A stretch of DNA of 64,000 nucleotides from Candidatus Latescibacterota bacterium (GCA_965203805.1 OZ241917.1:2592001-2656000); one strand, 5' to 3'; positions 46,377 to 57,235 are shown, counted from the first letter of the stretch. Translations and numbers: made by a program. Notes: generated by a model not told the origin, from the sequence alone.

Positions 46377-49079
46377 TCAGAACCCGTACTTCCTGCGTCG
46401 CGTCTCAAAAGCCTCACGACCACCTTCGAGGATTTCCTCTACGAGCTCCCGAACCAATCGGGAGTCGATCGATCCAGCATGACCAGGCGCTACACGTGCC
46501 CGTCCGCCGTCTGCTTCACCGGCGGCCGAAAGTCCGAGAATGAGCTCGGCGTCGCCAAGGACGGGGATGTTCGCATTATGCGATGCGAAGATGAACTGTC
46601 GTCGTTGCTTTTCCTCCCGCATACGTGGGACGACGCCTTCGGTGATGAAACGGTTGTCAAGATCGTCCTCCGGCTGATCCACGATCAGTGGGGCGCCTGA
46701 TTCGAGTAGCAGAAGAAGCAGAACGGCAGTTGCCTTCTGGCCGGTCGACAGGTCATCAAGAGACTGCCATGCGGGCGGAGCGCCCGCTGGGGCGGTGTTG
46801 AGACGAATCGACATGGTGGGCAGGAGCTCCAGTTCCTCGATTCTCATAAACACTTCGTCCTCGCCGCTTGCGAGACGTTCCGCCTGACCGGGCGTGATGT
46901 CGTAGGTCTTGCGTAACGCGTTGGCGCCGGATCGGCATGCGCCGACGAATTGCGTAAGCGATAGATCGGGTGAGTGCCGCAGGCTCTCGATGGCTTCCGA
47001 CATGCGCCCGCCGATCTCGTCGCGCAGCATCTGAAAGAGCGGTTCACGGTTTCCCGCGCCCGTCACCTGTACCTGTACGCGGTTGCGAAGTTTGTTGCTG
47101 ACCTTTCTTGCGGCCTCGTCCAAGGCGCGGAACTCTGAGGCTTTGATATCTTCCCATTCCGCAAGCAGAGTTCGACGTTGCTCGGCATGTTCATTCTCCA
47201 ATCTCCGTAGAACTACCACGCGCTCTTGAAGTGGCCTCAATTCTTCGATCTGGCGGCGAAGGCCGATGAATTCCTCACCGTCCACGCGAGATTTCTGAAG
47301 TTCCCGCAGGATCCGTTCGTACTCGGCCTGAACTTGCTGCCTGCGCACGTCCCAGGTGGTCCGCACCTGGTCAATGCCGTGATCAACACGCATCAACGCC
47401 TGCTCCAAGCCGTCTGCAATGCGGCCAACTTCCTCACCCAGATCGGTGAGCGCCTTGTTCGCCTGGGAAAGAATGTCCCTGCCAGGCAGTTCCTCTAGCG
47501 CTTTCTCAGACAAAAATGCCAAATCAATAGGCAGCTCTCTACGCAAGATATCCAGTGCCTCACGGAAGGGCGCCAGACGTTGAGGAACGGAACCAATCAC
47601 GCGTTCCTCTCGCAAAAGCAGGCTTTGCTCCTGCAGACGTTCCTCAAGGCCCACTTCCTGGAATCGTTCAAGCGTTTCCTTCAGCCTGGGAAGCGCGGCA
47701 AGTCGCTCTTCAATGGAAGCAATCTCCGCGCGGGCGTCGCACAAGGCGCTTCGATTCCTGCCGAGGTCGCGCCTTACCGACGCCTTGCTACGTGAGAGCG
47801 ACTCATCCCGCTCGACGAAGCGATCAAGCAAGCGGGTGAGCTTATCAGGGCTTCTTGCAAGTTCGGAAATCTCGTGCTGACCATAGGCTTCGACTCGAGG
47901 TAGAATGTCCGCTGGCGCACGGTGTAGCACCTCGCCGCTCGCGTCCCGGACCAATGGCGGATTTGGTATGGTCCGCTCGATGCGATATTCACGAACCCCG
48001 GGGCGCTGGACGCGTACTCGAAGTGAAATCTTCGTCCCGTTGCGTAGCACCTGACGCATGATTCCGTCATGGGCCTTACGCGCTTCGTCGCCGATAGGAT
48101 CAAGTCCAAGCGCGCTGCGGATACTTTCGATCACGGTCGATTTTCCCGTACCGCGCCCGCCAATGAGCACATTCAAATTTGGATTGAGACGCATGGTCAC
48201 GCCATCCAGAAACCCGCCTTCCCAAGCGACAGTGATTATCTCAATGTGCTCGTCGGGCTTAAACTCGCCTTCCTTGGGGTTTAGTCGAATGCGCGATCCC
48301 GGATCCAGGAAGGCTTGGCGCAATCCGTCGATGGTGACTTCCTGCATCTTGATCCAGCAAGTAGCCGACCGACCATCTAGTTGTTCCGGTTTCACGATGT
48401 CCCTCGCATTGACTGCGGCGATTGCGACTCGGTGCTCAGGCGCGTGAATGCGACGGTAATGTGTATTGCTGTTCCTTACGATCTGACGGATATCCGGCGG
48501 CAGATCGTCAATAGCACCCGGGATTTGTACGGCAAGTAGATTTTCGTCCTTCCATGCGCGAATCCTGGCTTTCCCCTTCAATACTTCCAATAGACCGCCA
48601 TTCCCTGTTACGTGCGCTGCGATCAAAATCCCACCCTGATTGTGAACGGCTTCCAAGACTCCTGTAAACGGCTTATTGGCAAGATCGGAAGAGGGGTCGG
48701 TATCGTGTATGCCAAATTCACCGAGATACCGTTCGAGCCTATCGAGTTCCGTATCCGGGGAGTAAAGGCATAAGACGTGTACACCCTCGCTCGATGAGAG
48801 TTCAAAACCGGGGAAGATACGGACTTCGCGATTGCGCGCGGCGGACCGAAAAGCCGCGACCGCGCTGACACTATTGTGATCTGTGATAGCGAGCACCTCG
48901 ATACCGAGGTCAATAGCTTTGTCCACAATCTCCTGTGCGTGGCTAATCGCATTCCCATCTGACGGCTGCCCCCGGAAGGTACCGCCATAGTGGTGCGGGT
49001 TCACTTGAAGCGCACACTTGTAGAAACGTGCTCCCGAAGGTGCCCGAGCGTTTGAGTTGGTATCCGTCATCTCTTTCAC
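46377..49079 (-). CDS. PHP-domain + SMC/ABC-type ATPase (TrlF/Ppl-like)
   Basis: ITDHN, GFEL; Walker A GGRGTGKS; long coiled coil; LSTGQ, IVDQPEDDLD, SHNAN. Confidence 0.85.
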   Translation of the reverse strand: MKEMTDTNSNARAPSGARFYKCALQVNPHHYGGTFRGQPSDGNAISHAQEIVDKAIDLGIEVLAITDHNSVSAVAAFRSAARNREVRIFPGFELSSSEGVHVLCLYSPDTELDRLERYLGEFGIHDTDPSSDLANKPFTGVLEAVHNQGGILIAAHVTGNGGLLEVLKGKARIRAWKDENLLAVQIPGAIDDLPPDIRQIVRNSNTHYRRIHAPEHRVAIAAVNARDIVKPEQLDGRSATCWIKMQEVTIDGLRQAFLDPGSRIRLNPKEGEFKPDEHIEIITVAWEGGFLDGVTMRLNPNLNVLIGGRGTGKSTVIESIRSALGLDPIGDEARKAHDGIMRQVLRNGTKISLRVRVQRPGVREYRIERTIPNPPLVRDASGEVLHRAPADILPRVEAYGQHEISELARSPDKLTRLLDRFVERDESLSRSKASVRRDLGRNRSALCDARAEIASIEERLAALPRLKETLERFQEVGLEERLQEQSLLLREERVIGSVPQRLAPFREALDILRRELPIDLAFLSEKALEELPGRDILSQANKALTDLGEEVGRIADGLEQALMRVDHGIDQVRTTWDVRRQQVQAEYERILRELQKSRVDGEEFIGLRRQIEELRPLQERVVVLRRLENEHAEQRRTLLAEWEDIKASEFRALDEAARKVSNKLRNRVQVQVTGAGNREPLFQMLRDEIGGRMSEAIESLRHSPDLSLTQFVGACRSGANALRKTYDITPGQAERLASGEDEVFMRIEELELLPTMSIRLNTAPAGAPPAWQSLDDLSTGQKATAVLLLLLLESGAPLIVDQPEDDLDNRFITEGVVPRMREEKQRRQFIFASHNANIPVLGDAELILGLSAAGEADGGRARVAPGHAGSIDSRLVRELVEEILEGGREAFETRRRKYGF

Positions 49080-49259
49080 TTGTGTTCTACTCCGGCGTGC
49101 GTTGTTATGGAAATACGATTCAAACGAATATTACTGCGGGAGTGAGACTTTTGGCCGAGTCTGATCGACCGAAGTTCGACCCGTCGTAACAACCAAAAAT
49201 AGGTTAAGATATACATAGGTGTCAATTAGATTCTCCATGTCACAGCGGAAATCGCCAAA

Positions 49260-49288
49260 CAGAAAAGACCCCGACGGGGTCTTTTCTG
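49260..49288. repeat. Perfect 29-bp palindrome in a divergent intergenic region
   Basis: CAGAAAAGACCCCG-A-CGGGGTCTTTTCTG. Confidence 0.8.
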
Positions 49289-49488
49289 CAAACGGCGCGT
49301 ATTCTTTGAATTGTTCCGCTTCTCTGGAATTCATCGATCCGCACGCAGATCCGAATATCGCCGTTTGCGAATCCTCGGCGCAGTTCCTATATTCAACATG
49401 AAATCACTTCGCACGCCGACGCGAAGCCTCAATCTACGAGATTCAGACCCGTCTGAAAAATCCCACGTTTGGGCAGAAAGGGCAAAAA

Positions 49489-50262
49489 ATGGAGGTACCG
49501 GAAACCCTGAATCCCGGCGGAGTCGCCGGTTTTCGCAGGAACGGATACGTCCTGTTGGATAATCTCTTCAGTGAAGCCGAAGTCCGCATTCTGCTCGACG
49601 CGGTCGAAACGGGCGCGCGGGTGGCCGAGAACACCCGCGCCACCTCGGATGCATCGGGAAAGTCGGCCAGGCTGGCGATCTGGCACGAACTTGGCAACGA
49701 CATCTGGACCGCGGTCTCCACGTGTCCCCGCATCGTCAACAATATCCGCATCCTTCTGGGCGAAGAGGTCGCCTTTTTTCACGGCAAGGTGATGTTCAAG
49801 GACGCCCATGAAGGCGGCGCGTGGGAGTGGCACCAGGACTATGGATACTGGTACAGCCAGGGGTTCGTCTTTCCCAGGATGATCAGCGCGTTTATCGCCC
49901 TGGACGCATGCACGCGGGAAAACGGCTGCCTGAGGGTCCTTCGCGGGTCCCATCGTCTCGGGCGGCTGGACCACGTCAGAGTCGGTACCCAGACCGGCAC
50001 CGACCCCGCAAGAATCGAGGGTATCGAACCCCTGTTCGATTGCATCAATTGCGAGATGTCACCGGGTTCGGTCCTCTTCTTCCACTGCAACCTTCTCCAT
50101 TCCTCCGCGCCCAATACATCCAGCCGGCACCGGCGGTCGTTCATCATCTGTTACAACGCACTGGGCAATCCCCAACTGGGCGGCAGGGAAACCGCCGACC
50201 AATACCCCTGTCCGGTGGCGCCGGACGACGCCATTCTGGAGTACGGCCGGGCGCCCGGATAG
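49489..50262 (+). CDS. PhyH-family dioxygenase
   Basis: WEWHQDYGYW, ENGCL..GSH, LLHSS. Confidence 0.9.
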   Translation: MEVPETLNPGGVAGFRRNGYVLLDNLFSEAEVRILLDAVETGARVAENTRATSDASGKSARLAIWHELGNDIWTAVSTCPRIVNNIRILLGEEVAFFHGKVMFKDAHEGGAWEWHQDYGYWYSQGFVFPRMISAFIALDACTRENGCLRVLRGSHRLGRLDHVRVGTQTGTDPARIEGIEPLFDCINCEMSPGSVLFFHCNLLHSSAPNTSSRHRRSFIICYNALGNPQLGGRETADQYPCPVAPDDAILEYGRAPG

Positions 50263-50275
50263 CCGGCTTTTCTCC

Positions 50276-51319
50276 CTATCCGCTCAATACCTCGAGTTCA
50301 CGGTCCGGACCCGTGAGCGGCAACTCGACCCACGCGGCGTTTCCGGCATGGGAAACGTGAAAGCCCACAATGGCTTCCAGCGTCCGCGCAGCTTCCGTTG
50401 CGGCATAGGGAAAGGGCGCTTTGCCGTCCAGCCAATCCACAATCTCGCCCACCGCCACGTCCATCGAACTTGGGGAACCGTGAGGATCCGGCCAGTGCTC
50501 CCGCCGCCCGTCGCGGAACTCCAGGACCACGTCCCTGCCGTCGAGCGCGGCGCAGCCTTCCGTACCGTGGACCGCGATCCTCGGCGGCAGCGTCGCATAG
50601 TCCGCAGCGTCGACCGTACAGATCAGTCCGCGCTCGAGACGCAGCATGCCCCATCCGCCAGGGTCGCGGAACTGTGCGCCGCGGCAATCCGGCTTCCCGG
50701 CCGGATCCAGCGTGCCCGAGACCGCCTCGACGGCCCGTCCCGTCAACATCTGGATCGTATCGATGAAATGCGTTCCGACGTTGCCAAGCCGCCCCGAGCC
50801 CCATTGCACGATTGCCGACGTCAGCTCTCCCAATGCGCCTTCGACCACGAGGTCGCGCAGACGCCGGGCGTTGGCCTGGAAACGGCGGTTGTGGTTCACG
50901 ACGAGAAGGGCGCCGGCGTCATCGCAGGCGCTGCGCATCCGCTCCGCGTCCGATGCGCGGGTCGCGACGGGTTTTTCGCAATAGACGGCTCGCACCCCTT
51001 GCCGTGCGCAGGCGACCGTGACGTCGACATGAAATGGCGCATAGGTCGCGACGCTTACGACGTCGAGTGACTCCTCTGCCAGCATGTCCCGCCAGTCGGC
51101 GTAGGTCGGTACGCCCGTTCGGGCGTGAAACCGCTCCCTCCGTCCGCTGTCCCGGCTGGACCCGGACGCGATTACGACCCGCGGATGTCCGCTCAACGCA
51201 TCGACGTGGGTACCGTCCAGGTCGCTTACGAATTGGCCTATTGCGTCGCCCGATACCTGGTCCGCGGCGCCAATAAAGCCCAGGCCCACGATCCCGGCAC
51301 GATAGGTCTTTTCAGCCAT
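50276..51319 (-). CDS. Gfo/Idh/MocA oxidoreductase
   Basis: GIVGLGFIG, YCEKP, GTHFID. Confidence 0.9.
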   Translation of the reverse strand: MAEKTYRAGIVGLGFIGAADQVSGDAIGQFVSDLDGTHVDALSGHPRVVIASGSSRDSGRRERFHARTGVPTYADWRDMLAEESLDVVSVATYAPFHVDVTVACARQGVRAVYCEKPVATRASDAERMRSACDDAGALLVVNHNRRFQANARRLRDLVVEGALGELTSAIVQWGSGRLGNVGTHFIDTIQMLTGRAVEAVSGTLDPAGKPDCRGAQFRDPGGWGMLRLERGLICTVDAADYATLPPRIAVHGTEGCAALDGRDVVLEFRDGRREHWPDPHGSPSSMDVAVGEIVDWLDGKAPFPYAATEAARTLEAIVGFHVSHAGNAAWVELPLTGPDRELEVLSG

Positions 51320-51433
51320 GTATTCTCCCCTATCGGTTCGACTTACAGCGATTCGGCGCCACGTGCGCTTCACGATCCCGAATACGATGCCGGACGTCAT
51401 TCGTTCGGTTGGGCTCCGTCCGGTCCGGCTTCC

Positions 51434-52093
51434 TTACCCATACAGTTCAACGGCCCGCCAGAGGTACCAGCTCGCTACGGACCGGTACGGACGCCAGATT
51501 TCACCGTGTTCCAGCAGATCCGCGGGCTCGGGCAGCCCGCTCGACCCATAGGTGAGCATAAACCCCTTCCTCACGCCCAGGTCCTTGACCGGCAGCACGT
51601 CCGCCCGGCCCAGATCGAATATCAGCATCATCTGCACGGTCCACTCGCCCACCCCCCGGACACGCGTGAAGCGCTTGATGATCTCGTTGTCGGGCATCCC
51701 GTCCAGCCGCCGCCCGGGCGGGACATCGCCCTCGAGCGTCTTTTCGGCAAGGTCTTTTATGGCCGCCACCTTGGCCCGGGACATGCCTGCGCCGCGAAAC
51801 GCTTCGTCGGGCAACGCCAGCACCTGTTCCGGCTCGGGATGCGTGCATTCCGGAAACAGATCCAGAACCCGGCCGTAGATCGTACCGGCGGCCTTTCCGG
51901 AAAGCTGCTGGTACACAATCGAGCGCATCAGCGCCCGAAACGGAGAGTAGGGCGCTCGCGCTTCCAGCAGGCAGGGGCCGGCGCGCTCCATCAATTGTCC
52001 CAGGGCCGCGTCCACCTTCGACAGCGCCGCAACCGCTTCTCCGGGATCGTATGTCAATCCGCTCGCGATATCCGGTACCACATTGCGATTCAT
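51434..52093 (-). CDS. alkA: DNA-3-methyladenine glycosylase II (HhH-GPD)
   Basis: IVYQQLS, VRGVGEWT, LPVKDLG, WRPYRS. Confidence 0.88.
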   Translation of the reverse strand: MNRNVVPDIASGLTYDPGEAVAALSKVDAALGQLMERAGPCLLEARAPYSPFRALMRSIVYQQLSGKAAGTIYGRVLDLFPECTHPEPEQVLALPDEAFRGAGMSRAKVAAIKDLAEKTLEGDVPPGRRLDGMPDNEIIKRFTRVRGVGEWTVQMMLIFDLGRADVLPVKDLGVRKGFMLTYGSSGLPEPADLLEHGEIWRPYRSVASWYLWRAVELYG

Positions 52094-53055
52094 GAGTTCG
52101 TCGTCGAGTGACCGCGTTTCAATGCCGCGGTGAGGGCCACCGCGCCCAGCAGGCCCGAATCGCCCTTAAGCCCGGCGGGAAGAATTCTCAGATGGGGGCG
52201 GTGCACGGGCATCAGAAACCGGTCCGTCTGTTCGCGCACCGGTTCCAGGAGCACGCTGCCCGCTTTGGCCACGCTGCCGCCGATCACGATGGCTTCGGGC
52301 GCGAGCGCATTCATCGCGGCCGCCACGCCCATGCCCAGGTAACGGCAGGTCTCATTCACAAGTTCCATGGCCAGCCCGTCGCCCGTTCGCGCGGCGTCGA
52401 AGACGGCTTTGGCCGTAATCGGACCTTCCGACGCCTGCCGGATCCCGCGGCCTCTCCGAGGCTGCCTGCGTACGGCCTCTTCACCGCGGCGCCCGATGGC
52501 CGTGCCGGAACACAGCGCTTCGAGGCACCCGCGATTGCCGCAATCGCAGAGCGGCCCGTCGGGAAGGACCGGCACGTGGCCGAGTTCACCCGCGTTGCCG
52601 TTGGCGCCCCTGTAGATCTGCCGGTCGATGATGATCCCGGCGCCGATGCCCGTCCCTATATTGTAGTAGACCAGGTGACGGCAGCCTTTGCCCGCTCCAT
52701 ACCTGAGTTCGCCCAGCGCGGCCGCGTTGGCGTCGTTGTCCACAATGGCCGGTATTCCGAGACGCCCCTGAATCGTCTCCGGAATGGCCAGGTTGTCCCA
52801 ACCCGACACGTGGGTTGAATTGACGATCCGCTGCGCTTCGAAATCCACCGGGCCGCCGAAACTGATTCCGCACGCGGTCACGGTTTCCGGGGATGACGCA
52901 AGCAGCCGGCGCCCCTCTTCGAGGATGCGATCAATCATCCATCGGGCCCCGCCGGAGCGATCCGTGGCGCCGGTCTTCCGTTTCAGAATTCGCCCGTCGG
53001 AAGTCCCCAACGCCAGACGAAAACGGGTGCCGCCGATGTCGACCGCAAGAATCAT
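52090..53055 (-). CDS. ROK-family sugar kinase
   Basis: VDIGGT, DNDANAAALGE, GELGH, CDCGNRGCLE. Confidence 0.92.
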   Translation of the reverse strand: MILAVDIGGTRFRLALGTSDGRILKRKTGATDRSGGARWMIDRILEEGRRLLASSPETVTACGISFGGPVDFEAQRIVNSTHVSGWDNLAIPETIQGRLGIPAIVDNDANAAALGELRYGAGKGCRHLVYYNIGTGIGAGIIIDRQIYRGANGNAGELGHVPVLPDGPLCDCGNRGCLEALCSGTAIGRRGEEAVRRQPRRGRGIRQASEGPITAKAVFDAARTGDGLAMELVNETCRYLGMGVAAAMNALAPEAIVIGGSVAKAGSVLLEPVREQTDRFLMPVHRPHLRILPAGLKGDSGLLGAVALTAALKRGHSTTNS

Positions 53056-53819
53056 CAGTCCGCCAGCCCGTGGTCGCGAAGGTAGTCCAGCGACTGCTCG
53101 ATCCTTCGTTCCACGTCCCGCCGCGTCAGCGACTCGCCGCTGATCCCCTCCACTTCGAGCGTGTAGGGGCCGTTGCGGCCGTGACCCGCGAATATCTCGA
53201 AAATAGAGGGGAAATCCACGATCCCCTCTCCGAGCGCGGGAAAATGCCACGTCTGATATCCGCCGTTCGTATCCTTCAGATGCACGGCCGCCGCCGCGTG
53301 GGCGATCTTTCGAAACTGATCGACCGAATCCACGCCTTCATTGTAATAGTGCACGTTCGCCGTATCGAAATTGACCCGGATATTCGGATGGTCCACGCAC
53401 CTCATCGTCTCCAGCGCGACGTCGGCATTCGTGACCAGGTCCGGATGCGTTTCCATGGCCACGACGATCCCCCGTTCAGCCGCGGCATCGCCGATGTCCT
53501 GTAGTCTCCCGTACACGAAATCCCGGTCTATGCCTCCGGACTTTATGCTCGTGAACACCAGGCCGACCCCCATCTCAGCGACAGTAGTCAGGCTGTGCGC
53601 GAACCGCCGGACCGCGTCGTCGGCGTGCATCTCGCAGCGGACGACGAGGCTCGATGGCTGCAGTCCGAACCGGTCGAGCTCACGTTGCACGACGCCCCTC
53701 TCCTCGGGCTCGGGGCATGGAATCTCCACGTTGGTCAGGCCGATCCGGGCAAGATGTTCGAACGCGCCGTCGCGATATTGTCGATAGCTGTTCAGGTTGC
53801 ACGCAATCAGGTTTCCCAT
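53055..53819 (-). CDS. Sugar phosphate isomerase/epimerase (xylose isomerase-like TIM barrel)
   Basis: METH, NFDTAN, VHLKD, LEVE. Confidence 0.85.
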   Translation of the reverse strand: MGNLIACNLNSYRQYRDGAFEHLARIGLTNVEIPCPEPEERGVVQRELDRFGLQPSSLVVRCEMHADDAVRRFAHSLTTVAEMGVGLVFTSIKSGGIDRDFVYGRLQDIGDAAAERGIVVAMETHPDLVTNADVALETMRCVDHPNIRVNFDTANVHYYNEGVDSVDQFRKIAHAAAAVHLKDTNGGYQTWHFPALGEGIVDFPSIFEIFAGHGRNGPYTLEVEGISGESLTRRDVERRIEQSLDYLRDHGLAD

Positions 53820-53865
53820 GGTTCCTCCCTTTGGTCGTGGCCGGGGACCGGTCCTCCGTGCGGCT

Positions 53866-55122
53866 CTATCCGTGTCGAACCCACCGGACCATCTCCGACA
53901 GCGTGGCCCGCTTGCCCCGCATCAGGATCCCCACCCGGTAGATCCGTGCGGCCGCCCACATCACGCCTGCAATCGTCCCGATCAGAATCAGTACCGACGC
54001 CGCGATTTCGATCATCGGAGGGGTGAGGACGTTCACCCGCACAATCATGATCATGGGCGCAAAGAACGGAATCAGCGACATCACCACGGAAGGGGCGGCA
54101 TTGGGCTGCCGGGTGATGAAGGTCATGGCGAGCAGCGAGAGGATCATGGGCACGATGACGAGGATCTGCAGGTGCTGCGCATCCTGCTCCGTGTCGCAGA
54201 TGGCGCCGATGATCGCGTAGAGTGTGGCGTACAGAAAATAACCCAGGATGAAGTAGATCCCGAAGTAGACCACCATGTCCGTTTCAATCGCAAACGGCAG
54301 GTTGGGGCCGAACGCCATCCTGCCGTACGCGGTGGCCAGAAAGCCCACACCGATCCAGACCGTGACCTGGACCAGGCTGGCGGCGCCGATGCCCAGGATC
54401 TTGCCCGCCATCATCTGCAACGGATCGACCGAGGAAAGCATCACCTCCACCATTCGGGTGGACTTCTCTTCAAGGACGCCGCGCATGACCATAATTCCGT
54501 ACAGGATGGTAACCATATAAAGCAACATCGCGAATGCAAATGAGGTGAAATATTCACGGGCAAACCCGCTCTTCTTCTCCTTCCCCTTGACGATTTTCAG
54601 CGTTTGAAGCTGCACCCTGCGGGTCCATTTGCTCACCTCATCGGGATCCAGCCCCCGCTGCGCCAGTCTGTGGGCAACCACAATGTGAGTCAACGCACTC
54701 CGCAATCGCCCGACCTGCCGGATGTCGCTCACGTTCTGCCCGTAAAACCCGGCTTCGCTCTTCTCGAAAACATCGGGCGGCACCACAAGGTAGGCGTCCA
54801 GTTTTCCGGCGTTGATCTCGGACGTAAGCTGTCGCCGCGTGGTTTCCAGGTCTGGGCCGGGCCGTACCTCCTGCAGGAGGTATTCCGGCCGGCCGTCCTC
54901 GAGTCGTTCGTCCAGGCGGCTTACGAGCGGCCCGTACAGGATCCCTGTCCGGTCGACCACGGCAATGCGTTTCTGTTTGCCGACGTCGACACGCGCCAGA
55001 AGGACGGGGACGAGGATACTGGCCACGACGAAAACCGGCACAAGAAACAGGCCGATCAGGAAACTCTTCCTGCGGACGATTTCGACGAATTCCCGACGGA
55101 CAATCTTCAATATCTTATTCAT
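53866..55122 (-). CDS. ABC-2 exporter permease (NatB/YhaP-like)
   Basis: EEKSTRMVEVMLSS, GKILG, multiple TM helices. Confidence 0.9.
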   Translation of the reverse strand: MNKILKIVRREFVEIVRRKSFLIGLFLVPVFVVASILVPVLLARVDVGKQKRIAVVDRTGILYGPLVSRLDERLEDGRPEYLLQEVRPGPDLETTRRQLTSEINAGKLDAYLVVPPDVFEKSEAGFYGQNVSDIRQVGRLRSALTHIVVAHRLAQRGLDPDEVSKWTRRVQLQTLKIVKGKEKKSGFAREYFTSFAFAMLLYMVTILYGIMVMRGVLEEKSTRMVEVMLSSVDPLQMMAGKILGIGAASLVQVTVWIGVGFLATAYGRMAFGPNLPFAIETDMVVYFGIYFILGYFLYATLYAIIGAICDTEQDAQHLQILVIVPMILSLLAMTFITRQPNAAPSVVMSLIPFFAPMIMIVRVNVLTPPMIEIAASVLILIGTIAGVMWAAARIYRVGILMRGKRATLSEMVRWVRHG

Positions 55123-56032
55123 TCCGGTTCTCCCCGGTATCTTCGCCGCCGACGGCCATCAGGAAGACATCCCTCAGGGACGGCTCCGAGACTTCGAACC
55201 GGTGGATCCGGGCCCCGGACAGCGCCCGTCTCAGCAGCTCGCCGGGGTCCGCGCCAACCTGGAGTTCGACCTCCACGTGATTCCCGCGATGTTCAGCCTG
55301 CCGGACCAGCTTTGTATCCTTGAGAAAATCGTCGCTCCCGTCAAAGGCAATCCGTAACCGGTCCCTTTGATACATGGACTTCACCTCGGGTACGGTGCCT
55401 TCCAGCACCTTGCGACCGCGGTTGATCAGACAGATCCGGTCGCAAAGCGCCTCTGCATCCTCCATCTGATGGGTGGAAAAAATGAGAATCTTGCCTTCGT
55501 TCGTCAAGGTCTGCATAATCTCCTTCAGGACCGCCACGTTGATCGGGTCGAGCCCGCTGAACGGCTCGTCCAGAATCAGGAGATCGGGGTCGTGGATGAT
55601 GGTCGCGATGAATTGCAGCTTCTGCTGCATACCCTTGGAAAGCTGATCCACGCGCCGGTTCGACCATTCCGACAGGCCCATGCGTTCCAGCCATTCTCCC
55701 GCGCGGCCCGCTGCTTCCGGGCGCGAGAGCGACTTGATCTCCCCCAGGAATATCAGCAGGTCCATTACCCGCATCTTGGGATACAGTCCTCGTTCTTCGG
55801 GCAGATAGCCTACCCGGTCCTTGGACAGTCCCGTTCCACCGTTGTCATAATCGATCTTCCCTGAATCCGGTGCGTAAATCCCCAGGACCGTGCGAATCGT
55901 CGTTGTCTTGCCGGCGCCGTTGGGACCGAGCAGCCCGTAGACCTCGCCCGCCTCGACGTCGAGATCCAATCCATCCACGGCCCGGACGCCGTCGAACGTT
56001 TTCGTGACCTGCCGGAGCACAATCCTGCGCAT
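55115..56032 (-). CDS. ABC exporter ATP-binding protein (DUF4162 type)
   Basis: GPNGAGKTT, LSKGMQQ, ILDEPFSGLD. Confidence 0.92.
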   Translation of the reverse strand: MRRIVLRQVTKTFDGVRAVDGLDLDVEAGEVYGLLGPNGAGKTTTIRTVLGIYAPDSGKIDYDNGGTGLSKDRVGYLPEERGLYPKMRVMDLLIFLGEIKSLSRPEAAGRAGEWLERMGLSEWSNRRVDQLSKGMQQKLQFIATIIHDPDLLILDEPFSGLDPINVAVLKEIMQTLTNEGKILIFSTHQMEDAEALCDRICLINRGRKVLEGTVPEVKSMYQRDRLRIAFDGSDDFLKDTKLVRQAEHRGNHVEVELQVGADPGELLRRALSGARIHRFEVSEPSLRDVFLMAVGGEDTGENRNE

Positions 56033-56390
56033 GAAGTTCTCCCCGACTGATTCCACTGGTAAAGCGCGGTCCATCCGTTGCCGAAGGCCGGGAACCCTCA
56101 CTTCGAACAGGCATAAAATACGAGCGCCGGCAAGGGCGCGCAACAGGACTTTCCCCGCGTTTGAATGCCGTCGAAGCCGGCCATCCCGATGATTCAACAG
56201 ACGGACAGCTCGTCGTTGCACAAAAAAAGGCGCCAGCCGTACTGGGTACGATCGGCGCCTTTCGGGAGGGGTGTAGCATGGTTGCATTCGCTTAGACGCA
56301 CTCCGGGCGGAGAGGTTTCAATTTTCCAATATTGCCATTAGATTCAAGCGCTCGTTCCGGGTAAGACGACGGTGAGGCAGATCCGGAACA

Positions 56391-57231
56391 AGTGTCCTGT
56401 CCCAAAAATACCTCACCATTCTTCCGCCGATTCATCCCGTCTTTTGACGTTGCTTGCGCTGAGCTTGTCGAAGTGCCTTCGCTCGCCGACCTGCCCAAGT
56501 CGCCTGTTGGCGGACAAACACCCTTTGGAACTAACCTCTTGGGGGCCAAAGACTTTATCTCTTCCACCAACTCTCATTTTCTCTTCGTCCTTTTTCTTGT
56601 ACGCCCAAGAAAAAGGACCAAAAAGAACGGCGCCGCTCGGCGCGGGGCCGGTTTTTCCGTGAACCACCTCAGTGGTAACAACGGAACTATGCCGCCCTCT
56701 GACCGGAACAGCCGGTAACGAACGATGTTGCTGGACGGAATAGCACGGAAAAACCCCCCAATCCACAACCGGGCGGACTAAAGATCGTCCGGGGAGTTCA
56801 TCTTGGTGGATTCGCGATGGTCCGCCGTTTGTCTTTTGCTGTTTGCCTTTGCTTCGAGCTGACGGCTGTCCTCATCATTCAAGTGCCAATCGATCTACAA
56901 GGGTATTCGCTGACCGGAGGACTTTCAGAGCAGAGCGCGCGGTTCCGTCCAGCTACGCCGAACGATTGGTTTCCGCGGGTTTGAGGGCAGAGGATCCCGT
57001 GCGTCCTGTGAGTGGATTCGCGCTGTGCATATGGCAGGCCCCGCGCCCAGCGGCGACTTTTGGTTCCTTTTGGTCGCTTCAAAAGGAACCCGCCGGAGGC
57101 AGGGAATTTGGGGAGATGTGGACGTTGAATTTGAAGTTGGCTTTTGATTCAAGCCGACGGCTGGCGGCTGACAACTGATCGCTGCTTTTCTCCGGCCGAA
57201 TTCAGGCAACTAATTTCCGGGACAGAACACT
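56391..57231. mobile_element. Non-coding ~840-bp MITE-like element, copy 2
   Basis: TIR AGTGT(C/T)CTGTCCC (12/13 match); colinear with 15707-16526 except for a different middle segment. Confidence 0.72.
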
Positions 57232-57235
57232 AGAT

